Origin: Minisyncoccota bacterium
GTDB taxonomy: Bacteria > Patescibacteriota > Minisyncoccia > Phycocordibacterales > UBA9973
Length of the DNA stretch: 64,000 nt
Direction of reading: 5' to 3'
NCBI GenBank assembly: GCA_041661005.1
Contig: JBAZVG010000001.1
Coordinates: 479,515-543,514, forward strand
Position 1 is the stretch's first letter. Each line of letters begins with the position of its first letter. The notes under the pieces were generated by a model that was not told the origin of the DNA, made no database searches, and was given only the letters and a program-made list of their open reading frames with translations. Shown here piece after piece: positions 17,190 to 26,320 of this stretch. The position numbers and the translations under genes were made by a program.

Positions 17190-19541
17190 TTAATAATTTA
17201 AAGAGTATAAATAATCCATCATCTCAGTAGCAAAATTACGAACATCTTCATCGTTATTTGAAGTGAAAATATGAGAATCAGAATTTAGATTATTCCTAAA
17301 CCCATGAAGTTTTGTTTTTACTTCTTCTTTTCCCTCAAAAATTCCATCAATCATTTTTTCTAAACTACTACAATCTACTTTTTTATCTTGTATCTGTTTA
17401 GCAAAGATAGTTGGAAGGTATAAATTTTCTAAAAATGGCCTTAAATCCGTTTTTATAGATTCAGATTGTGATCTATTTATAAACTCATAAATTTTCATAA
17501 AAACTTTTTCATAATCACTCATAGTGTATACATTTCGTTCCGACAAAACTAAAGAACTAGTTGCATCATCTTTTTTGATTTTTAGATACTTTGTTGTTAT
17601 CTGTGAATCTTTTGTAATTTCACAAAATCTTTTTATAAAATTAGGGTAATGAGTTAATATTATAATTTGACTGACTTGACTTATCGTTTCTTTAAAAAGA
17701 TTTATACTATAAGTGGTTCTATTGTCATCAAAACTCGTCATTGGGTCGTCTAATATAATTACCATTTTCTCTTTTTCTGCTTGTTCTTTTAAGTCTATTT
17801 TAACCCAAAAAATAGCTAAGGCTAAAGTGCGTCTGTCTGATTCACTAAACACAGATTTTAATTGATCGTTAGATATTTTTACATTATGAAATTTTACTTT
17901 CAAAGAGTAGACGGGCATGTGTCCCTGATTATTAGTATCTTTTTCAAGGGTAAAATTCTTACTTCCAAGTTTTTTAAATAAATCATTTATTTGAGTAAAG
18001 TAATTTACTAAATACTGAGATTGATCTCCCTCCAAACGACTTTCTAACACAGAAATTTCTGCCTCTGATATAGTAATTTCTTGTTGTATTTTTATGTAAT
18101 TAATACAATCTTGGTCTTGGTCAATTCTTGCCTTTTTATATTCTAATTCTTCAATTTCACTTATTAAAAAATCGACACCCTGCTGAATCGTTACGATATT
18201 TTCGTACTGTTTTTTAAAAGCTTTTATTTTTACCGAAAGTTCATCAATTATTTCTTTTATATTTATAAGGGATTGGTTATATTCAAGATATATTGTTTTA
18301 AAATGTGAAAAGTCAATAATGTCCACTCTCTTATATGGGCACTTACTTTTTAGATCTTGACTTGATTCTATGTTTTTTAATATTTTGCCTTTTTCAACAC
18401 TTAAATCCTCTTCTTGTAGTAAATCTATGTTTGTTTGTAGTTCAATCAATTTAGCTTGAAAAATTTCGTCGCTTATAAATTCTTTGTATTTATTGAATCC
18501 TATTAGAACAGTTTGTAAAATTGTTTTTTGAGCGAAGGTAAAATTTTCAATTTCTCTATTTTTGCTTTCTAATTCTTTGTCAATTCTACTTATAAAATCA
18601 TTGTAAACCTCATCGAAATATGAATCATAAATATTTATTAAATCTTGAGCATTATGAAGAAATTGACCACAAAACGGACAACCATCTTTTGTTCTATCCT
18701 TACAATAATGTAAGCCTGCTTTTATCCAATTTTCAGCGTTATCTTTAGAAGAAAAATTGTCAAATAAATGTTTATTTAGCTTTACTAATATATCTTCCTT
18801 AATACTTGAGTAGTCCTCTTGTAGTAAAGTATTTATCATTTCAAGTAATTCTATAATAGTAAAAGTTGGTAAATAAAATTCGTTTGGCTCCTGTAATTGC
18901 GATATCTTTTGTGGCTCCTTTAAACGTTCTTGTTCCTTCTGTAATGCGATTTTCTTTTGAGGCAAAATATTTTCAATATTATCTTTTTCTAACCCCACAA
19001 TAGAAAATTCCAAGAATTTTATGATTTCAATATCTATCTTATCTTTTACGAAATTTGGTACTTTTGTCTTTAATTCTCTTTTTTTATCTCCTGTTTCTTT
19101 TTTCTTTTTTGCAATTTCTTTTGCAAGTTTTACGCTTTGCTCTCCAAGAATAAACTGGGTAAAGTTTTCCTTGTTTTCTCTTCCAATATTTAAACCAGTA
19201 AATAAATTTTTATGAATAAAATCAGTGTCAAAAACCTCTAAATACTTTGACAGATCATTTTGGGTCCAATTATCATGTTCAAACATGATATCGTTTTCTA
19301 TCTCTTCTTTAACAGAAAAAACCACCTTCTGTTGTCCTGTCTGTGCTGGAATTGTTTTTCTATCTTGAATAATTTTAGGATCATTGTCTTTTAAAGATTG
19401 GAAAATATCTGTCAAAGTAGTTTTTCCATAAGTATTAAAACCATAGATAAAAGTTAGTTTTTCAAAACCCAAAGAAGCTCCATTTGTGAAATTGGAAAAT
19501 GTACCTATATTTTTAATTTCTTTAATGCGAGCTATTTTCAT
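17190..19541 (-). CDS. RloC-like ABC/SMC ATPase (AAA_13) with zinc hook and putative C-terminal HEPN nuclease
   Basis: GFNTYGKTT Walker A, CPFCGQ hook, FSESD signature, LDDPMTSFD Walker B, LTH, R.FLE...RNNLNSDSH. Confidence 0.8.
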   Translation of the reverse strand: MKIARIKEIKNIGTFSNFTNGASLGFEKLTFIYGFNTYGKTTLTDIFQSLKDNDPKIIQDRKTIPAQTGQQKVVFSVKEEIENDIMFEHDNWTQNDLSKYLEVFDTDFIHKNLFTGLNIGRENKENFTQFILGEQSVKLAKEIAKKKKETGDKKRELKTKVPNFVKDKIDIEIIKFLEFSIVGLEKDNIENILPQKKIALQKEQERLKEPQKISQLQEPNEFYLPTFTIIELLEMINTLLQEDYSSIKEDILVKLNKHLFDNFSSKDNAENWIKAGLHYCKDRTKDGCPFCGQFLHNAQDLINIYDSYFDEVYNDFISRIDKELESKNREIENFTFAQKTILQTVLIGFNKYKEFISDEIFQAKLIELQTNIDLLQEEDLSVEKGKILKNIESSQDLKSKCPYKRVDIIDFSHFKTIYLEYNQSLINIKEIIDELSVKIKAFKKQYENIVTIQQGVDFLISEIEELEYKKARIDQDQDCINYIKIQQEITISEAEISVLESRLEGDQSQYLVNYFTQINDLFKKLGSKNFTLEKDTNNQGHMPVYSLKVKFHNVKISNDQLKSVFSESDRRTLALAIFWVKIDLKEQAEKEKMVIILDDPMTSFDDNRTTYSINLFKETISQVSQIIILTHYPNFIKRFCEITKDSQITTKYLKIKKDDATSSLVLSERNVYTMSDYEKVFMKIYEFINRSQSESIKTDLRPFLENLYLPTIFAKQIQDKKVDCSSLEKMIDGIFEGKEEVKTKLHGFRNNLNSDSHIFTSNNDEDVRNFATEMMDYLYSLNY

Positions 19542-19543
19542 AA

Positions 19544-21052
19544 TTATTCTTCCCCTTCACCCAATTCTAATCTTTTTATCTGCGGCAAGGCCACCAATCC
19601 ACTCAAATCACCATACATACCAACTGTATTAGTAATTACTTTTTTAATTTGTTTTTCTCTTTCTGACCAAATTTTTTCGTAAGCTAACCTTTCTTTCTTT
19701 AATCCGTTATCCATACCTGTAAAAGCTTCAACTATTGCTTCTACTCTTTGTTTAAACTCTATACCTGTTAAATAAGCGTAAAGTATTTCCATTTTATCAT
19801 TTTTACCAACGGACATTGTTTTTTCCCTTGTTACAGATTCTAAATTTACTCGCAAGGCAGTTGCAAGAGCTGTAGCAAGTTTTATGTCACAAATCCACAC
19901 ACCATCACGAAAACCAAAGCCTTTAATGTCTCCTGGTAGCGTGATAGAAACTATAACAGCAATTTCAGCCTTCATAATCCTTTGATCATCTTTTAATTTT
20001 TGTATCCATCCTTCACTCCATGCTTTGGTCTTTTTTGATTCCCACACAATTTGACCACAATATTTACCAGATTGATTCTGAACCTTTTGTATGATATCGG
20101 CTCCACTTACTCCTTTCGGAACTGGAGATATTTCATCAAAAGGAAATTCAGATCTTAAAAGATCCTCCAACTCAAGCTCCAACACTTCTCCTTGTGTTTG
20201 TTGTGAACCCTGTTCAAGCTTACGAGAAAGTTCGTCTTTTGCCTTAGTAGCATCAGTTAAACGTTTCTCTAGTTGTGCAATAATATACTTCTGTTCTTCA
20301 TTTGCTTTTTTACTAGCTTCCTCTATTATTTGTTTTCTTTCTATATCCAACTGTCTTTGTTTTTCTAACTCAAAGTTTTGTTTATCTTCTTCAAGTTTAT
20401 TTTTCTCTTTGCGCAAATCCAGCTCTTTTTTGTTTGCTTCTTTCAGTTTGATATCTTTCTCTTCTAATTGTTCCTGAAGTATTTTCTTGTCTGCTTCCTT
20501 TTCTTTTTCTGCCTCCTCTATTTGTTTTAATAATTTTATAGAATCTCTCTCGCTTTGTTTTACGGCACGAGCAAAAGCTTCTTGCTCTATCCCTTTACGC
20601 TCAGCATCGATTATTTTTGCTTTTTCCACCTCAAAATTTTTCTTTTCATCCTCAAATTTCTGCCTACTTGCACGAGCTTTTAAAGATTCAGTGTTTGCCT
20701 CATCCAACTTTTTATCTTTTTCTTTCATTTGTTCTTCTAACAACTTAACTTCAGCTGCTGTTTTCTTTTCAGCTGCTGTTTGTGCTTCTTTCCATAGTGT
20801 AATTTTTTCCACTGCAAGTTTTTCTGCCACTTTTTTACTGACTTCACTTTGTGTGTTTTTCTGTAATTCTTCCAATTTTATTTTTTGTTCTTCTATTTCT
20901 TTTCTCTCTTTTGCCATTTCTATTTCCTTTAGCTTGTTTTCTTCACTAATTTCCTTCTTTATATTTTCTTCAATTTGATGCGTTAATACATCATCAATTG
21001 ATATTGCTGTTTTACAATTGGGGCAGATAATATTTTTTGTATCGTTTTTCAT
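19544..21052 (-). CDS. DUF2130-family coiled-coil protein with putative PD-(D/E)xK C-terminal domain
   Basis: N-terminal CPNC, long coiled coil, QGSQQTQGE...GADI...WESKKTK.WS..WI.KLK.D. Confidence 0.85.
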   Translation of the reverse strand: MKNDTKNIICPNCKTAISIDDVLTHQIEENIKKEISEENKLKEIEMAKERKEIEEQKIKLEELQKNTQSEVSKKVAEKLAVEKITLWKEAQTAAEKKTAAEVKLLEEQMKEKDKKLDEANTESLKARASRQKFEDEKKNFEVEKAKIIDAERKGIEQEAFARAVKQSERDSIKLLKQIEEAEKEKEADKKILQEQLEEKDIKLKEANKKELDLRKEKNKLEEDKQNFELEKQRQLDIERKQIIEEASKKANEEQKYIIAQLEKRLTDATKAKDELSRKLEQGSQQTQGEVLELELEDLLRSEFPFDEISPVPKGVSGADIIQKVQNQSGKYCGQIVWESKKTKAWSEGWIQKLKDDQRIMKAEIAVIVSITLPGDIKGFGFRDGVWICDIKLATALATALRVNLESVTREKTMSVGKNDKMEILYAYLTGIEFKQRVEAIVEAFTGMDNGLKKERLAYEKIWSEREKQIKKVITNTVGMYGDLSGLVALPQIKRLELGEGEE

Positions 21053-21079
21053 ATTTTTTAATTTTATTAATAAATTTTC

Positions 21080-24000
21080 TTAAACTGCTTTTGTCCCACG
21101 ACAATAAGGAAACTTTGAACATCCATAAAATTTGCCTCTCCTTCCATTTCTTAAAATCATTTTTGATCCACAGCGCGGACAATCTTTATCAGAAAGTATT
21201 GGCACTGGTCTATCATTTCTCGAAATTCGAGATAGACCTTTACAAGTCTTGCAAAAGCGTCCGTAGCCACGGATTAGAGTTGGGTCTTTAAAATCAACTA
21301 AATCCCTTATCTCGCGACATTTTGGACATTCTTTTTTATCTCCATTGTGCAAGCCCTCAATCGTATTCTGAATACCGTTTAAAACAGCATTGTTTTGTGT
21401 GCGATAATTTTTAAACAAACTCGTGATTCTTTCATTAAGCGTTGTAACAGGGTTAGAACCAACATTGAATTTGTTAATTCGCAAGAATTTATATCCGTAA
21501 CTCTCCAAAACTTTCTGACGATAAACATCATCTTCAGAATAATAGTTTTCATAATTAAACTCATTTGCCTCGTCGAGATCGTTAAAATGTTCTGTAAATC
21601 CATCATACTCAATGATAATCTTGTGTTCTTTTTGGTTTTCATCTTTATACACAAGTAAAAAATCAACTTTATAGTGAGGATGTTTATAAGTCCTATCAAG
21701 TTGTTTTAGATATTTTCCAATTTCAAATTGAGGGAAGAATTCAATATTTTCTTTATTATTTTTCCAAAAATCTGTATCATAAAACCATTTTAAAACCTTA
21801 GGTTCCATTTTTGATTTTTGATCCACTTCAGAAATTTCGTGTTCTTTCTTCGCTTCCTCAAGAATAAAATTATAATGTCTTAAAGCATCTCCAATTGAAC
21901 CTGTAAATTTATCAAGTGGCTTACTAAGCACAAAGTGTACAGTTTCTTTAGCCCGACTAAATCCAACATTGAGGCGTTGAACTTTTATTTTTCCATCTTC
22001 CTCACTATCAACGCTATTAAAATCTTTTATAAAGACACCCCACAATCTATCAGAGTTTTCATTTGCAACCATCGAATAGAAAATAATATCTCGTTCTTCT
22101 CCCTGACAAGTATCAAAAGTCATTATTTTTAACTTCAGATTTTCAAAGTAAAAATCTCGTTCAGGTAATTTACTGATGGCCTCCATAAGCAATTTCTGCT
22201 GATTGGTGTGTGGCGTGATAATACCTACACTTTCGGTCTTGTTGTTTTCATACATTATCTTTAATTGTCCAACTATAAAATCAATCTCGGCTTTATTACT
22301 ATTTCCAACTAGCTCGTCTTTCCCGTCGTGGTCAACGAAACTAAATTTAACAACATCAGCAATTTTTTTACCCCTAATCTTCATTACTTGAAGACTGTCC
22401 TGATAAAAATACTTATTCGAGTAAGAAATAATTTCTTTGTATCCACGAAAATGTTTCAAAAGTTGCGTGTTGTAATTTGTTATAAATTCAAAAAATTCTA
22501 GTATTGAGGTCTTGATGTCAAATTTCCCAAGCTTCACTATTTTAGAATCTTCTTCTGATACTTGATCGCGAAATACTTGCGCCAAGGAATTTAAGTACTC
22601 CCGATTTGTTTCAGACCGAGCTTGTGCCGCCTTAATGTTACTGAATTGTTTTCTATCCCCGAGAATAAGCACCTTTTTCGCTCGAATCAAAGCGGGAAAA
22701 GCTTGTGCAATACTAACTTGTGATGCTTCATCAATAATAACCAAGTCAAAAAGTCCTGCATGCAAAGGAATGTATTCTGCGTAATCTCTGATTCCGGCAA
22801 GTATGCAAGGGAAAGCGTCTTTGAGTTTAAGAAATTGCTCTTTCGGAAACTTCATTTTATTTTTAATAACTTCTCTTAAAGTTTCCGCATCTGCTTTGTT
22901 GTTATTATAAAAATCAATAAGGCGAGTATCTAAAACATGAGTAACTTGCGTAGTTACCAAAGTTTCCAACTCTTTCTTCTGTCCCATATAACTCAATGTC
23001 GGGATTAACCCGAATTTAGCAACTATGGAACCCTTAAGTATTGCGTAGCGTGTTGCTTTATCAAAGTCCAAGCTAGTCATTTTAACAAGCTTGCTGTCTA
23101 ACATTTCTGAAAAATTGTCTTTCGAGATTTTTAACTTTTTTATTGAATGAGGGTATGAATCTAATTCTTGCAAGAGCGATAAAAAGTCCGTCTCGAGAGA
23201 AAGTACCTTTTCTTTATTTTCACTAAAATTACTACCCGTCAATATTAGTTTAGATAAAATTTCAATATGATCAATCCCCAAATGTGAAATTGTTTTTGCT
23301 TGCTCTTTTAAGGCATTATAATAATCACAAATCTCTATAACTCGTTTAAAGTTTTTTATATTTTCATTAGGATTTTGAAAATCTGACAACGGAAATAGTT
23401 CCCTAAATGAGTTATTTAAAGTCTGAACCTTAGAACTGCTGAACAGGTATCCAAAAATAGGTATTCTGGTTTCATCATAAGATCGAGTCCACTTTTTGAG
23501 CTCGTTTAAGTCTTTGTGAGAAAAAACTTTGAAACGAGATAGTATCTGAACATCTTGATTAAATTTCAAAGAGACATCTTCCACAATTTGATAATAAGCG
23601 GTAAGAATACGTAATGTGTCTAAAAACATCTCACTACTTTTTAATGTTTCTAGTTTTACATTCAATATTTCTGATAAGTAATCGTTTTTAAGAATGTCGG
23701 GCAAAGATAATAATAAAGACCTTAGATCATCGAAAAAGACGACAGCGTTTTCATTCTCGGATAACTCATCAAGATCAAAATCATATTGCCTTGAAGAATA
23801 AAATTCCTCTAGCCCACAAAATTCAGTTATTTCCCGAAGATCAATATCAGAATACGCTAATGCTTCTACTTCAATATCTTCTTTCAAAGAATTCGATAAT
23901 TTGGAAATATTTTCCTCAATCGAAGAATAATCTTTTTGTACTGCTCTATGGTGAGTTTTAATTTTTTCTATAGAAGACTTTGCAAGAATTTGACCATAAG

Positions 24001-25642
24001 TATTCCCTGTTTTTCCAAGCCTTAAAATTGGATTTTGAAAATTCTCCTCATCAAAACGAACTCTATTCATAGTTTCAGTTATCTTGTCCTCAACAACATC
24101 AAGTGCTTCTTTTTTATCAGAAAGTACAAGTACTGATTGATGATTAAGAATTGCATCAAATATAATTGCGGTGATCGTATGACTTTTACCCGTACCCGGA
24201 GGGCCTTCAACTGTTATATATTTGCATCCATCTTTTCTTATTGCTGACAATATCTGTATTTGTTCACTGTTAAGAGGAATCGGGCTTGTTGAGACAAGTT
24301 TATCGGGAACCGATGTATCATCCCACTCCCTTTCAACTTCAGGATTTATAGGCTTTGGATTTTTGTGAATAAAATCATCAACTAATATGTTGAATATCTT
24401 GGCAAGTTCTCCTTCTCCATTACTTAGCTGTTGCAAGATTTCCTCATAGTCATTTACAAGGGCTTCATCTGATTTATCAAATAACGAAAGATACACTGAG
24501 TTAGAAGTTCTAACGCTTAGGCTTTTTGCTTGTTGGGGGTCTTTTGAATCAAGGTCAATATTTTTATTTAACCCAAAAAGATTTGTGATTTCATTAAGAA
24601 TTTTTTCAAGTGTATCATTAACACGCTCTGTTTCTTGCGATAAATAAATAATGCGTTCAGTAATACTTTTAAGATTACCCTTTGCACCAGTTTCTTTGTT
24701 GTACTCTTGCACAATAAACTCAAGAGCTTTTTTGTTTATGTATATTTGAGAATCAAATTCAATATGAAATATATCGTTATCCCTCTTTAGAGAAAATGGT
24801 GTATAAAAGATTGGATATTTTACTTTATTAAAACTAATATCGCAGAAATAAAGATAGAATTCTTGTTTATCTAAAATTGCTCTGTTTTTATCAATTTCAA
24901 AAAGTTCGCTGAACAAATCTCCGACTTGAAACGACTCAAAAAAGTTTGTGATAGTGTTTTTTGTATCATTTAAGTCAATAACTGATTTAAGCTCTTTTTG
25001 AATATTAACTTTCTGTTTAGAAATTAAAACTTTCAAAAGTTCAGAAACTTTATTTTCGGTGATATTTAAAAAAACTTCGGCTAGCTCTTCTTCCATTAAA
25101 AATATATCGTTCTCGTCGCCAATACCAAGACTTTCTATTGATTTTTCAATACTACTGACAAATGGAAGGACTAGGAATGTTTTGATATGTAATGAAACTG
25201 CTTCAAGGGTTATGGTCAAAGCCTTCTCGTATTCTTTTGAATACAGGGTCGCTGATTTTTCAAGATCATCAGTTATGGCATTAATTAACTCATTGATTTG
25301 AGAACTTTGAATTTTACCAACTTGCAAAGTTATTAGATCTAAAAGATTTTTTGGAAGATTACTACGATATACTCCTTTACTGATTGTACTTAAAACACTC
25401 TTGTCAAAACCGTGAGTAACTAATTTCCATATATCCTTTGTGAAAGATGGATATTTTGAAAGATTTATGCCGACAAGCAAATTATCGTTAGTTCTATATT
25501 TGACTGATCGTTTTGGATTTTTTCTCTTATGAAAATCTGTCTCAAGAAAATCCATGAAATACTTAGCAACCTCTTTAACAAAGGCGAGATTGCCAGTAAG
25601 GCTAGTGTCTAATCTTTTTTCTTGTGAATTATTTTCATTCAT
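21080..25642 (-). CDS. SF1 (Upf1/Dna2-like) helicase fused to Vsr/DUF559-like endonuclease and C4 zinc ribbons
   Basis: GPPGTGKS, DEASQ, GDRKQ, QGEERD, RLNVGFSRAK; YKVDF...IEYDG..HF...RQKVLESYGYKFLRI; CPRCGSKM...FYGCSKFPYC. Confidence 0.88.
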   Translation of the reverse strand: MNENNSQEKRLDTSLTGNLAFVKEVAKYFMDFLETDFHKRKNPKRSVKYRTNDNLLVGINLSKYPSFTKDIWKLVTHGFDKSVLSTISKGVYRSNLPKNLLDLITLQVGKIQSSQINELINAITDDLEKSATLYSKEYEKALTITLEAVSLHIKTFLVLPFVSSIEKSIESLGIGDENDIFLMEEELAEVFLNITENKVSELLKVLISKQKVNIQKELKSVIDLNDTKNTITNFFESFQVGDLFSELFEIDKNRAILDKQEFYLYFCDISFNKVKYPIFYTPFSLKRDNDIFHIEFDSQIYINKKALEFIVQEYNKETGAKGNLKSITERIIYLSQETERVNDTLEKILNEITNLFGLNKNIDLDSKDPQQAKSLSVRTSNSVYLSLFDKSDEALVNDYEEILQQLSNGEGELAKIFNILVDDFIHKNPKPINPEVEREWDDTSVPDKLVSTSPIPLNSEQIQILSAIRKDGCKYITVEGPPGTGKSHTITAIIFDAILNHQSVLVLSDKKEALDVVEDKITETMNRVRFDEENFQNPILRLGKTGNTYGQILAKSSIEKIKTHHRAVQKDYSSIEENISKLSNSLKEDIEVEALAYSDIDLREITEFCGLEEFYSSRQYDFDLDELSENENAVVFFDDLRSLLLSLPDILKNDYLSEILNVKLETLKSSEMFLDTLRILTAYYQIVEDVSLKFNQDVQILSRFKVFSHKDLNELKKWTRSYDETRIPIFGYLFSSSKVQTLNNSFRELFPLSDFQNPNENIKNFKRVIEICDYYNALKEQAKTISHLGIDHIEILSKLILTGSNFSENKEKVLSLETDFLSLLQELDSYPHSIKKLKISKDNFSEMLDSKLVKMTSLDFDKATRYAILKGSIVAKFGLIPTLSYMGQKKELETLVTTQVTHVLDTRLIDFYNNNKADAETLREVIKNKMKFPKEQFLKLKDAFPCILAGIRDYAEYIPLHAGLFDLVIIDEASQVSIAQAFPALIRAKKVLILGDRKQFSNIKAAQARSETNREYLNSLAQVFRDQVSEEDSKIVKLGKFDIKTSILEFFEFITNYNTQLLKHFRGYKEIISYSNKYFYQDSLQVMKIRGKKIADVVKFSFVDHDGKDELVGNSNKAEIDFIVGQLKIMYENNKTESVGIITPHTNQQKLLMEAISKLPERDFYFENLKLKIMTFDTCQGEERDIIFYSMVANENSDRLWGVFIKDFNSVDSEEDGKIKVQRLNVGFSRAKETVHFVLSKPLDKFTGSIGDALRHYNFILEEAKKEHEISEVDQKSKMEPKVLKWFYDTDFWKNNKENIEFFPQFEIGKYLKQLDRTYKHPHYKVDFLLVYKDENQKEHKIIIEYDGFTEHFNDLDEANEFNYENYYSEDDVYRQKVLESYGYKFLRINKFNVGSNPVTTLNERITSLFKNYRTQNNAVLNGIQNTIEGLHNGDKKECPKCREIRDLVDFKDPTLIRGYGRFCKTCKGLSRISRNDRPVPILSDKDCPRCGSKMILRNGRRGKFYGCSKFPYCRGTKAV

Positions 25643-25646
25643 AAGT

Positions 25647-25853
25647 TTATTTCAAAAGTTCATTAGTAGAAACATTTAATGCTTTTGCTAACTTTGCAAT
25701 TGTCGAAAGCGTTGGGTTTGTTTTGCCACTTTCAATATTACTAATAAAACCACGACTAACACCAAGGGAACGAAAAATATCGCCTTGCGTTAAGCCCTTG
25801 CTGATTCTGATGCGTTTCATGTTTTTGCCAAGCTTTACCGACTCAGTTTTCAT
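25647..25853 (-). CDS. XRE-family HTH regulator (start revised to MKTESV)
   Basis: R.SKGLTQ.D....GVSRGFISNIESGKTNPTL.TI.KLAKAL. Confidence 0.9.
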   Translation of the reverse strand: MKTESVKLGKNMKRIRISKGLTQGDIFRSLGVSRGFISNIESGKTNPTLSTIAKLAKALNVSTNELLK

Positions 25854-25924
25854 TATCCACAGTATAGCTCTTGCTACATTATACCACAATATTATATTAT
25901 AATGTAATAGATGGAATATACCCA

Positions 25925-26264
25925 TCGCCCGCCACCCATACCAAATCAAAAGAAACCCCCGCGAAATAATATATGCATGGAAACGGTGGCGAGGCGAGGG
26001 CAGACGCGCGTAATCGCGCGTGGCGGAGTTCATTGAGTTACCACATTATCAGAGCGTAGTAATTACTTTCGAGAAATGATGCACGCGGAGCGTGCGCATT
26101 ACTTCATTTGATTCTCGAAAAAGGTTCGCGCAAAGGTTAAGATAAGAGGACAAATTGAGACATCAGTGAAAAAATCGGTCGCGCGCTTGCGCGCAATAAT
26201 GGAAAGGGGGTGGGCGAATTCCGAACCCATCTTCTCCGCAAATGCGAATTCGGTGGGTGGGCAA
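25925..26264 (-). repeat. Internal inverted attP-like site: arm B + TTGTCC core + arm A
   Basis: 25925-26153 matches 14219-14447 inverted; 26163-26264 matches 27733-27834 inverted (3 mismatches). Confidence 0.9.
26099..26264 (-). pseudogene. Duplicated 3' fragment of the recombinase gene with the alternative C-terminus
   Basis: Translates CPPTEFAFAEKMGSEFAHPLSIIARKRATDFFTDVSICPLILTFARTFFENQMK*. Confidence 0.7.
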
Positions 26265-26320
26265 GAAAACAGAAATGAGCCAGACACGAATTCTTCTTTT
26301 TTTATAATCTAAAAACAAAT

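Noticed and set aside
20091-20978. Ser/Phe-rich antisense ORFs (and similar shadow ORFs across the window)
   Set aside because: Reverse-strand shadows of Lys/Glu-rich genuine genes
25854-26033. N-terminal extension of the XRE ORF (MNSATRDY...)
   Set aside because: It is translated inverted-repeat arm A; a -10 box precedes the ATG at 25853
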